Shown here one piece after another: positions 52,232 to 63,440 of a stretch of 64,000 nucleotides of DNA. A program made the translations under genes and the position numbers. The notes under the pieces are model-generated. The model was not told where the DNA came from. It saw nothing but the letters and a program-made list of their open reading frames with translations, and did not search any database. The DNA is from Octopus sinensis (taxonomy: Eukaryota). Location of the stretch: assembly GCF_006345805.1 (NCBI RefSeq), contig NC_043003.1, positions 103,230,001 through 103,294,000 on the forward strand, in the 5' to 3' direction. The stretch's first letter is position 1; each line of letters begins with the position of its first letter.

Positions 52232-52610
52232 ATATGTTCCTTGCGGAAAGCAATCTACTGCCAGTAGATCAAAAGGGATGCCGAAAAGGATCCAAGGGCT
52301 CTGAAGACCCCCTTGTGATAGACAAGGTTATAATGAAGAACTCTAAACGGTGCCAAAAAACATATGCATAGCCTGGATATACTTCAAAAAGGCTTAAGAC
52401 ATGTTGCTGCATTCGTGGATTTAGGAAACACTCGACATGTGTAGAATAGCTAAGAACGTGTGTGGTTAGTTAAAAAACACGTCTTTTCTGTAAGAACCAG
52501 CACTTAACCGAGGTAACACTCAAAAGAGGTATCTTCCAAGGAGACTCTTGTTCACCTCTGTTAGTTGTTATAGCCTTGATCCGACATACTGTAGTCCTAC
52601 GCAAAATCAA
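52232..52610 (+). pseudogene. R4/Dong-like RT fragment
   Basis: QKGCRKGSKGSED, RGIFQGDSCSPLL. Confidence 0.75.
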
Positions 52611-53692
52611 TTCTTTTTTGTCAACAATTCGTTGTGATTGATATCGCTAACGCGACAGGCAAAATGGTTGAAAAGATTTGACTATTTGACTCGTAAAATT
52701 TCTGACCAAAACATATCAACAATCCTTTAATTCTTAATTAGTCAACTCAAATGTTGCCGTGACTTTGGAATATCTATTTCGCTCTGTCGTAAATTTTGAA
52801 ATTATTATCATTAACCATCCCTCTGTATTGAATAAATTTTCAAAAATTCTGAAATCAGAAATATAATATAGCTAATTAATCTTTCGTTGATTTACTAAAA
52901 CAATCTTTTTGTTTTGTTGAAACTGATTTACAATTCACACACAATCACACATGCACTATTACTTTCATAAGATCTATTTAGGGTTTTCGAAGTATTTCTC
53001 CAAATGACTGAAACATACACATATAAATATGAACACACGCATTGAAAGATGTGTGAGAGTGTGTTTATGTATAAATCATTTTGTATGAATAATTTTCTTT
53101 TACATTCTTTCAAATTTTCTTCATTCGTTAGGTAAGAGTAATTCACATTTCTTCTTTTCCTTGCCTGTTTGCGATATTTCACATCTTTGCTGCTCCCAAC
53201 AAATGAAAAGAGACGATAGGTTTTTGTTTAGTGTTTTTACGGCTTTGTACAGAGTTGAATTTCCGCTGTCTTTCATTGTGTCTGTGTTTACGTAGATTCG
53301 CGTAAGTTCAATGTGCGCGCGCGTGTGTGTGCGAGACGTAGTCTTTTAATGAACGGAGTTCTGTAATTATCAGAACAGGCGGCTCGAGTGAGTGTCAATT
53401 ATTTTCCCGAAATAGGCGAGCAGCCTGATAAAGCAGCTGATTTGTCTTTGACAGGATAACGGTCTAAAACCATGGCCATATTACGTAACTAAATGTGTTC
53501 TCTTAACTAAACAATTTCAAAACGATTCGGTTCAACCAATAAGTATTTATTGCATGACGAACCTCAGAAGTCGCCGCGCCCCACTGCTACAGAAGATATG
53601 GGTTCGAATCCCATGAGTAGCCTTCTACCCTTTTCTAGCTAAAAGGGTTTTTCAACCCAGCATTTACGTGCTAGTATTTATAACATTTATAA

Positions 53693-54105
53693 GGCGGTGA
53701 ACAGACAGAATCGTTAGCGCGCTGGACGAAATGCTTTACCGTATTTCGCCCGTCGCTATGTTCTGAGTTCAAATTCCGCCGAGGTCGACTTTGCCTTTCA
53801 GCCTTTCGGGGTCGATAAATTAGGTTCCAGTTACGCACTGGGGTCGATGTAATCGACTTAATCCCTTTGTCTGTCCTTGTTTATCCTCTCTGTGTTTAGC
53901 CCCTTGTGGGTAGTAAAGAAATAGGTATTTCGTCTGCCGCTACGTTCTGAGTTCAAATTCCGCCGAGGTCAACTTTGCCTTTCATCCTTTCGGGGTCGAT
54001 TAAATAAGTACCAGTTATGCACTGGGATCGATGTAATCGACTTAATACCTTTTTGCCTTTGTTTGTCCCTTCTATGTTTAGCCCCTTGTGGGCAATAAAG
54101 AAATA
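53693..54105 (+). mobile_element. Tandem SINE family A: full copy (53693-53923) followed directly by a 5'-truncated copy
   Basis: Second copy starts at GGTATTTCGTCTGCCG right after the first tail. Confidence 0.85.
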
Positions 54106-54119
54106 AGAATCGTTTGCAC

Positions 54120-54845
54120 GATTCTTACCATACACCTACGCCTGCGCCTATGTATCGACCCCAGGACTTACTCTTTGTAAGCCTAGTACTTATTCTATCG
54201 GTCTCTTTTGCCGAACCGCTAAGTTACGGGGACGTAAACACAGCAGCATCGGTTGTCAAGCGATGTTGGGGGGTGGGGACAAACACAGACACACAGACAC
54301 ATACACACACGTACATATACTCTTTTACTCTTTTAATTGTTTCAGTCATTTGACTGCGGCCATGCTGGAGCACCGCCTTTAGTCGAGCAAATCGACCCCG
54401 GGACTTATTCTTTGTAAGCCCAGTACTTATTCTATCGGTCTCTTTTTGCCGAACCTCTAAGTGACGGGGACGTAAACACACCAGCATCGGTTGTCAAGCA
54501 ACGCTAGGGGGCAAACACAGACACACAAACATACACACACATACATATATATACATATACATATATACGACAGGCTTCTTTCAGTTTCCGTCTACCAAAT
54601 CCACTCACAAAGCATTGGTCGGCCCGAGGCTATAGCAGAAAACACTTGCCCAAGGTGCCACGCAGTGGGACTGAACCCGGAACCATGTGGTTGGTAAGCA
54701 AGCTACTTACCACACAGCCACTCCTGCGCCACTCACAAGGCTTTGGTCGGCCCGAGGCTATAGTAGAAGACACTTGCCCAAGGTGTCACGCAGTGGGACT
54801 GAACCCGGAACCATGTGGTTGGTAAGCAAGCTATTTACCACACAC
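54120..54845 (-). mobile_element. Composite of SINE family B pieces (duplicated left and right halves)
   Basis: Two head regions (54590-54845), two right halves (54160-54510), then a further head at 54120-54150. Confidence 0.78.
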
Positions 54846-55134
54846 CAAAAAATATTTTAAAAGATGGAGGGTTTTGTGTAGCAGACTTTGCTCTTCATCT
54901 TTTCAAAGTCGATAAAAGAAATACCATTCAAGTAGAGGAGTCGATGGAATCTACTTGCACCATCCTCTCAGAACTGCTGGCCTTGTGCCAAAATTACAAA
55001 GAACTATTATAATTATCGTTGCCGGTAGCTATGACTACAGAAGGGAGGTAACTTTTCCCCTACTCTGTAAAGAGTAATAACATTAAGAAAAACCAAGTAG
55101 AATTCGGCATGAAAAAGGACCAATTCACGGTAAA

Positions 55135-55294
55135 CTTAAGTAATACTTTATAATTAGGGTTCAGCAAAGATTTGCTTTGGGAGTTCCTTTTTAAAGTAGA
55201 GGAAATAGCTAAGGTTTTTTGGCTGCTATTTCTAAACTTCGGTATGTGGTAAAGCAAATCTTTGCTGAACCTTAATTATAAAGTATTACTTAAG
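55135..55294. repeat. Foldback, 44-bp arms (1 mismatch), 72-bp spacer
   Basis: 55135-55178 vs 55251-55294. Confidence 0.9.
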
Positions 55295-55650
55295 AAAAAC
55301 CTATAGACGTGAATAAGCTATATAATTTATATAAGGTGGGTAACAGAAAGTGTCTAAGGGGTTATATTTATTTTACATTAGTAGAGTACCTTGTATCTGT
55401 CGGTCATAATTTCAATTTCTACTTGGATCGAAAATACCTGTCAGTCTCATTTTTTTCTTTTTTTCTTTCTTTGTCGATAAAATATTTAAGCTGTTTCTTT
55501 CTCTCACTCACATTCATCTTCTTTATATTCCGATCTTTAACATTTGTTTGGCCCTTAAACGCATTTCAAGGGGAGAAAAGACAAGATATAATGGATGCAT
55601 GTGCTGCGTTTTATGGTCGAAATGCTCATGCGTGATTGAATCTGCAATTA

Positions 55651-56073
55651 GGCGCAGGCGTTGTTATGTGGTAAGAAGTTTGTTTCCCAAGTACATAGCT
55701 GCATGACACCTTGGAAAAGTGTCTTCACCTATAGCCCTCGGGCCGATCAAAGCCTTATGAGTGGTCTTGGTAGACGGAAACTGAAAGAAGCCCGACGTAT
55801 AAATGTTTATATATATATATATGTGTGTATCTGTGTACGTGTATGTCTTTGTGTCTTAGTGTCTGTGTTTGTTCTCCAGTAACGCTTGACAACCGGTATT
55901 GGTGTGTTTACGTCCCCGTAACTTAACGGATCGGCAAAAGAGACCGATAGAATAAGCACCAGGCTTCAAAAGAAAATAAGACCTGGTGTCGATTCATTCA
56001 ACAAAAAATCCTTGAAGGTGGTGCCACAGCATGGCCGCAGCCTAATGACTGAAATAAGTAAAAGATAAAAGAT
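55651..56073 (+). mobile_element. SINE family B, full length
   Basis: Matches the 29927 copy. Confidence 0.85.
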
Positions 56074-56491
56074 ATTTCATGAATATTCCATCCATTTGGT
56101 TCCTGTACATTTATTCTGTCGTTTCCCGTCAATACAGAGTCTACTCTTCACGGCCGCTGTTCTTTTACGTCTGCTCCACAAAATCTCACCGTTGCGATCA
56201 CCGTATAGTAACCATCTTGCGTCAAATCGCCAAAGCTACAAAACCGTATTGCAACAAGAAAAACGGTTTGTCTTTTCCTCTTCAACAGATTTGTGTACAA
56301 ATGTGAACACCGCCACGTCAGGCGTGATTACACACACAAACACAAACACGCACGTACACACATACACGCACATACATATATGTGGATATATTGATGTTGT
56401 GTGAAGGTGGCGAGCTGGCAGAACCGTTGGCACGCCGGACAATAAAGAAATATATATTGATGTTGTGTGTGTGTGTGTGTGTGTGTGTGAA

Positions 56492-56797
56492 GGTGCGTGG
56501 GTTAGTGGTTAGGCTATTCGGCTCACGATAGTAAGGAAGTGAGTTCGGTTCCTTGCGGTGCGCTGAATCCTTTATTTCACGTTGCTCCAGTTCACTCAGC
56601 TGAGAAAAATGAGTAGTGCCTGCATTTCAAAGAGCCAGCCGTGTCACATTCCATATCATTCTGAATCTCCCCGGGAACTCCATTAAGCGTCGGCTTTTCG
56701 ACAGAATGCTCAGCCACTTGGACGTTAATTTCCCAAACAGGCTGTTCCGTTGATCAGATCAACTGGAACACTCGACATCGTAACCAATGGAGTGCCA
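56492..56797 (+). mobile_element. SINE family D (different head; tail shared with the family C copy at 59.5 kb)
   Basis: Head GGTGCGTGGGTTAGTGGTTAGG; tail CAGGCTGTTCCGTTGATC...CGTAACC..GGAGTGC. Confidence 0.7.
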
Positions 56798-56829
<32 letters not shown>

Positions 56830-57559
56830 AATAGAATTTCACATACAGAATATTGAGAGTTGAAAATGTACCGAAGCAATTAGTAGGCTACTGCTCCCTA
56901 TAGAGGTGGAGGTGATATGAAAGAAACAAAAGAAATAACGAAAGGGAGTAAACTCCTGCAAATCGACTCATTTAATACGTACATTTAAGGTTTACATAGC
57001 ATTTCCTGTTATATACCGTATATACACCCATGTAAAAGTGGAATTTTTTAGACCATTGTTTTTAAGGTCAAATTTATGCTGTCGACTATTAGATGGGCTT
57101 TTGAGGGACTGGAATTCAAGCTAGAATCCGAAGTACCGTATCAGCAGCAGAAGCCCAACTGATCTCTAAGCGAATAAAAATAAAAACACAATGAATTACA
57201 GTAATATTACTAATTCTATTAGGCTTCACCAAAGTCATGCCTTTGTGCGAATTCAGACAGTGGCGTTTGCCAGTGTTCGACCATAGTGCTGTCTGTGAAA
57301 GACATTTCTCACCATGTAAACAACGAGTGTATGATGCATGTGCTTATTGCGCTTGAAGATACATGCAGGCTTGCAGCACATCCTTTGCATACATTTTAGT
57401 AATGGTGATGTAGCACTCATCAATAAATGTATAGCGCTCGCTATTAAATGGTGGTTCACTATAAGCACCGAGCATTCCACCTACAAAGCAGGCTACAGTA
57501 AAGCAACCACACAATTTTGTAACAGTGTTATTTCTACGTAAAGGATAATACGTTACCTG

Positions 57560-57780
57560 TTTCTTTACTACCCACAAGGAGCTAAACATAGAGGGGACAA
57601 ACAAGGACAGACAAACGGATTAAGTCGATTACATCGACACCAGTACATAACTGGTACTTAATTTATCGACCCCGAAAGGATGAAAGGCAAAGTCGACCTC
57701 GGTGGAATTTGAACTCAGAACATAACGGCAGACGAAATACTGCTAAGCATTTCGCCCGGCGTTTCTGCCAACTTGCCGCC
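57560..57780 (-). mobile_element. SINE family A with ~20-bp TSD
   Basis: TAAAGGATAATACG(T/G)TACCT at 57539-57558 and 57782-57801. Confidence 0.88.
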
Positions 57781-58169
57781 TTAAAGGATAATACGGTACC
57801 TTGAACCACAAATGTTGTCTTGTTGTTCGTGAAATACTAGGGTCGACTTTTATACGGGGTCTATGGAAAATTCCCAATTTTTTGGCCCAAAATAGGGTGG
57901 GGGTAACTTTTACATGAGATCGACTATTACTCGAGTATATACGGTATTACGAAAACCTGAAATATACGTAATAAATTACTTCAAAGTATCACTATTTGGT
58001 TTGACTTCATCTTTAAAACTTATACGACTCGATGCTGGCACAATCTTGCCTGTCTTGACTCCACTTACGTGGATATTCTAGCAACCATTTGGACTAGTTT
58101 GTTATTTGGCTCGAGTCAAAAATGCTGGTATCGAGCACCGATTCTTGGCACAACACGAAATATGTATGC

Positions 58170-58220
<51 letters not shown>

Positions 58221-58221
58221 A

Positions 58222-58470
58222 GACAACTGATGCTGATGTGCTTACGTCCCCGTAACTTAGCGGTTTGGCAAAAGAGACCGATAGAATAAGTACTAGGCTT
58301 ACAAAAATTAAGTCCTAGGGTCGATACATAGGCGCAGGCGTAGGTGTATGGTAAGAAGTTTGCTTACCAACCACATGGTTCCGTGTTCAATCCTACTGCG
58401 TGCGACCTTGGGCAAGAATCTTCTACTATAGAATGAGACTAAATTCCTTGTGAGTGTAGTTGATCGACGG
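58222..58470 (+). mobile_element. SINE family B right half fused to a new head
   Basis: Junction GGGTCGATACATAGGCGCAGGCGTAGGTGTATGGTAAGAA. Confidence 0.78.
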
Positions 58471-58559
58471 AAGCTGGAAATTAATTTTGTCCGTGTTCTG
58501 ATATTTTCTTAGATCAGCCTCATTACCATTGAAACGAATCCTGCCAAAATGACTTTCTT

Positions 58560-59400
58560 GCAAGCAATTACAATGAGAATTTCATGCATTCTCTCAAAAA
58601 TTATCTTTACACAATGAAGAACATTAAACCTTTCGATGCCTTTGAAACAGTAAGTACTTCTGTATGATGTAGTATTTTTATAGATGTGTTTAAGATAATT
58701 TATCTAAAGATTATAAATGATGCCGTCATATATTGGCGGGACACAGGCTGTAATGTCATAAGGTGTGAAGAACAGGACATTAACGTTTGGGTGTTGTAAA
58801 TCACAGAGATGTTATGGAGCGTTATCAATTAATATTAAGTGTTCAAGTCAATATTCTTTTTATTTGTATAAATTTCAGTTTCATGGAAAAGTTTTGATTA
58901 AGCCGGCGTTGGAATTTTTGCAACAGTCAGCCATGATATTTCGATTTGTACACCAACGAATTGGGAGAATATTTTATTCAATCCACTCGATGCACCTGGA
59001 TTAAGATCCTCAATAATTAATTATGGCAATATGAATCAGTTACTTAATGTGCTACAGCTTAATAATAATGTGAATTAATCTTCAAATGTTCTTTAGGCGT
59101 TTTCTTCCAGAATGGATCGGTTTTGTCAGCAAATGAATATGTGTTTTCAAGAAGAATCTTTTTCAATTATTTTAACTAATTTTTATGATACGATTTCTTT
59201 AGTAGTTTTCTAATCGCTTTTGCTATGCAATTTGAAATTATGTAGGAAGTTAGATTTAAAATGTTACAAACAATCCCTTAGTGCCGAAAATCCTGGTTGT
59301 TGTTGATTCGATGTTTCACTTGGAATAACAATTTGATTAAAAGTTCTTACTGATTTTTGTCGTATGGCAATTCTGTATATAGGTAGTCATTAACGTTTAA
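58560..59400 (-). pseudogene. pogo/Tigger-type transposase relic
   Basis: FADKTDPFWKKTP (cf. DETGLFWK), LILIDNAP*H, HPNVNVLFFTP..YDGII. Confidence 0.65.
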
Positions 59401-59454
59401 TCTTCAATCCAAAATAACAGCTTTTGTTGCTTCCATTTTTCTACAATGTTGGAA

Positions 59455-59819
59455 GCACTCCGTCGGTTACGACGACGAGGGTTCCGGTTGATCCGATCAA
59501 CGGAACAGCCTGCTCGTGAAATTAACGTGTAAGTGGCTGAGCACTCCACAGACACGTGTACCCTTAACGTAGTTCTCGGGGATATTCAGCGTAACACAGA
59601 GAGTGACAAGGCCGGCCCTTTGAAATACAGGTACAACAGAAACAGGAAGTAAGAGTGAGAGAAAGAGTACAGCAGGGATCACCACTATCCCCTGCCGGAG
59701 CCTCGTGGAGCTTTAGGTGCTTTCGCTCAATAAACACACACAACGCCCGGTCTGGGAATCGAAACCGCGATCCTACGACCGCGAGTCCGCTGCCCTAACC
59801 ACTGGGCCATTGCGCCTCC
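59455..59819 (-). mobile_element. SINE family C, tail type 2
   Basis: Family C head; tail ...CGTCGTAACCGACGGAGTGC. Confidence 0.85.
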
Positions 59820-60215
59820 ACTCTACAATGTTATACGTATATAATGATATGTCTTTTGAACTCATCCAAAATCAATCAGCCGTAGAGGTTCTGATGTTTT
59901 TGCTTCATTTCTTTTAAATTCGTTTATATAAATCTGTTTCGAGGTATCTGCCGAACCCACTTCATTTTGAAATTCCTTTGACATGTAAATTTTTGCTATG
60001 ACATTTCAAATCTTTTACTCGTTCTCGAGAATATTTAACCAATATCAATGTAAGAGCTACTTTATCGTGCAAGTCTACCTCATTGATCGAAGAAATGAAG
60101 GAAAATGAAAAAAACCGACAGGGAAACAATGGAATGACGACGTGATATTTCTAAATGATATAAGTAAAATTAAAAGCAAAAATCCCCTCAATCCTAAAGC
60201 GTGATAAATAAAGCT

Positions 60216-61010
60216 ATGTATGTATGTATGTATGTATGTATGTATGTATGTATGTATGTATGTATGTATGTATGTATGTATGTATGTGTGTATGTATGTA
60301 TGTATGTATGTATGTATGTATGTATATATGTATGTATGTATGTATGCATGCATACATGTATGTATGTGTGTATGTATGTATGTATGTATGTATTATGTAT
60401 GTATGTATGTATATATGTATGTATGTATGTATGCATGCATACATGTATGTATGTATGTATGTATGTATGTATGTATGTATGTATGTATGTATGTGTGTAT
60501 GTATGTAAGTATGTATGTATATGTGTGTATGTATGTATGTATATATGTATGTATGTAAGTATGTATGTATGTATGTACGTACGTATGTATGTATGTATGT
60601 AAGTATGTATGTATGTATGTATGTATGTATGTATGTATGTATGTATGTGTGTATGTATGTATGTATGTATGTATGTATGTATGTATGTATGCATGCATGC
60701 ATGCATGTATGTATGTATGTATGTATGTATGTATGTATGTATGTATATGTGTGTGTATGTATGTATGTATGTATGTATGTATGCATGTATGTATGTATGT
60801 ATGTATGTAAGTATGTATGTATGTACGTACGTACGTACGTATGTATGTATGTATGTATGTAAGTATGTATGTAAGTATGTATGTATATGTGTGTGTATGT
60901 ATGTATGTATGTATGTATGTATGTATGCATGCATGTATGTATATGTGTATGTATGTAAGTATGTATGTATGTATTTATGTATGTATGTATGTATGCATGT
61001 ATGTCTTTAA
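60216..61010. repeat. (TATG)n array, ~800 bp
   Basis: Direct reading. Confidence 0.97.
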
Positions 61011-61087
61011 GTATGAAAGTATGAATGTATGTACGTGTGCAACTTTCTATGCATGTATGTGGGTATGCGGTCGTATGTATATATATT

Positions 61088-61514
61088 CGTTGGCATCCTT
61101 TTGTCTCGGCAGACAATGGAGTTGCGCATAAAATAATCGAGTCTGGTTTTTACATTTTCATGTCTTTTAATGTCCTGTTGTGGGTGTGTAGTCCAATCCT
61201 GGTCAAACACTTCCTCTGGCAGGTGACGCAGATGGAGCGAAGACTTTGCCTGGCTGGTTGTAATGTCACAGTTTCTTGTCGTCTTTCCCTGGCCTTCCAT
61301 TTCTCCTCTCTCCCTCTGTCACTCCTTTGTCTTCCCTCTTCTATGGTGCGTCGCCAATCTTCACGGTTGCTGGCACCAGCTTCCCATTTGCTAATATTGA
61401 TGTCGCAGGCCTTCATGTCCCTTTTGCAGACATCCCTGTACTGTAAGAACGGTCTTCTAACAGACCTAGTGCCCCTAGCCAGCTCTCCGTAGAGTATTCT
61501 TGGGGGATTCTGCC
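61088..61514 (-). pseudogene. RTE-clade LINE 3' end
   Basis: PRILYGELARGTRSVRRPFLQYRDVCKRDMK..CVTCQRKCLTRIGLHTH; 3' end CCGAGACAAAAGGATGCC. Confidence 0.82.
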
Positions 61515-61542
61515 ATATATATATATATATATATACATACAA

Positions 61543-61609
<67 letters not shown>

Positions 61610-61701
61610 AATGAGGGTGAAAAATCGATATTAATTTAATAATACCATTAATTTAACACCAAGTGGCTTAGCACAAAAAAACTACGGAGAAAATACAAAT
61701 T

Positions 61702-62008
61702 TATACATAAATTATTAGAGAGTTATCCACTATGTGGATAACTCTAGTGCTAAAAATAGCTACGAAGCAACCACCGAAGATCTGTTTCCAACTAGAATCA
61801 ACATACATTTAACGTAAGGAAAGTGAAATACAACGAATAAAATAGATTGACTCTATACAATTGTATAGAGTCAATCTATTTTATTCGTTGTATTTCACTT
61901 TCCTTACGTTAAATGTATGTTGATCTAGTTGGAAACAGATCTTCGGGGGTTGCTTCGGAGCTATTTTTAGCACTAGAGTTATCCAATAGTGGATAACTCT
62001 CTAATAAT

Positions 62009-62016
<8 letters not shown>
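61702..62016. repeat. Spacer-less palindrome, arms ~157 bp, centre 61860/61861
   Basis: ...GACTCTATACAA|TTGTATAGAGTC...; about 5 differences between arms; (TA)n on both sides. Confidence 0.95.
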
Positions 62017-62070
<54 letters not shown>

Positions 62071-62072
<2 letters not shown>

Positions 62073-62321
62073 CAACAATCAAGGAACGGCCATAATAGGC
62101 CATTCACCCACTAGAAATAACAGCCAAAGCTTCAACCGCAATAAAATTAATTCCGTAAACCAGGAGAAAATTTAAAAAACTTTACCCTGTAATTTCTTAT
62201 ACGATGCACCGTTTCATCTGCTGTTTATGGTAAACTAACCTGATTAAATTAAATCAAGCCAATCTTCCATAGGCCCTCTAGTGGGTGAATGGCCTATTAT
62301 GGCCGTTCCTTGATTGTTGAT
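62071..62321. repeat. Foldback, perfect 45-bp arms, 161-bp spacer
   Basis: 62071-62115 vs 62277-62321. Confidence 0.92.
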
Positions 62322-62424
62322 GTTGAACTTAAAAATGGTCTTTGACTATTTAATTTTTTCCCACTAGGCCGCTGGTGGCAAAAAAAATTCTACAAAATTT
62401 TTTTTTGCCACCCTATATTGATTA

Positions 62425-62462
<38 letters not shown>

Positions 62463-62546
62463 GCATATATATATATATACATATATATACATATATATAT
62501 ATGCATATATACATACATGCATGTACATATTTACATATATATGTAT

Positions 62547-62851
62547 ATCACGTGATCACGTGACCGACCAGACCATCAGATGTTGTTACACATCGCTGGT
62601 CACAATGCGTTCGCATTGTTTTAGCCTTCGAATGACGCCACCCCGCTGGCTAAGGGAGCAGGCCAACAGAAGAAAGAGTGGGAGAAAGAGTGGTGAAAGA
62701 GTACAGCAGGGATCACCACCCCCTGCCGGAGCCTCGTGGAGCTTTTAGGTGTTTTCGCTCAATAAATACTCACAACACCCGGTCTGGGAATCGAAACCGA
62801 GATCCTGCGACCGCGAGTCCGCTGCCCTAATCACTAGGCCATTGCGCCTCC
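62547..62851 (-). mobile_element. SINE family C, tail type 3
   Basis: Family C head; tail ...GATGGTCTGGTCGGTCACGTGATCACGTG. Confidence 0.85.
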
Positions 62852-62878
62852 ACATATGTATATAAATATGCATATATT

Positions 62879-63203
62879 TGTACAGGACTTAATAAAACGT
62901 AAACAACATGAAATACGAACTTTTTTGCGAACAACGAAAGAAACTAATGGAAAACAAGACAAGTAACAAGTAACATAACGAACGACCCTTCATCAGTTGT
63001 CGACTGTTTATCTACTCCACATTTCAAACAATTACGACAACAAATGTGGAGTAGTTAAACGGCCGACAACTGAGAAAGGGTCGTTCGTTATGTTACTTGT
63101 CTTGTTTTCCATTTGTTTCTTTCGTTGTTCCCAAAAAGAGTTCGTATTCCATGTTTTCGTATTTCGTATTTCATGTTGTTTACGTTTTATGACGTCCTGT
63201 ACA
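62879..63203. repeat. Imperfect palindrome, arms ~146/162 bp, 17-bp spacer
   Basis: TGTACAGGAC...CTACTCCACATTT / AAATGTGGAGTAG...GTCCTGTACA. Confidence 0.88.
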
Positions 63204-63274
63204 CCTATATGCATATGTATATACATATATATGTAAGTATGTACATATATGTATGTATATCTACATGCATATAT

Positions 63275-63305
<31 letters not shown>

Positions 63306-63355
63306 GTCATTTATATTATTATATGATTTAACGCCACTAATCCATTTCCAAGTAA

Positions 63356-63406
<51 letters not shown>

Positions 63407-63407
<1 letters not shown>

Positions 63408-63440
63408 TAGTAGATATAGCCGGTGTTGCCCGGGTTAAAG
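63407..63440 (-). mobile_element. Helitron 3' terminus
   Basis: Minus strand CCCGGGCAACACCGG hairpin followed by CTAG|T; body extends rightward, 5' end not located. Confidence 0.65.

Noticed and set aside
52900-53600. Possible hAT 5' end and transposase start on the minus strand
   Set aside because: Only a CAGTGG-like terminus; no partner TIR or recognisable protein motif
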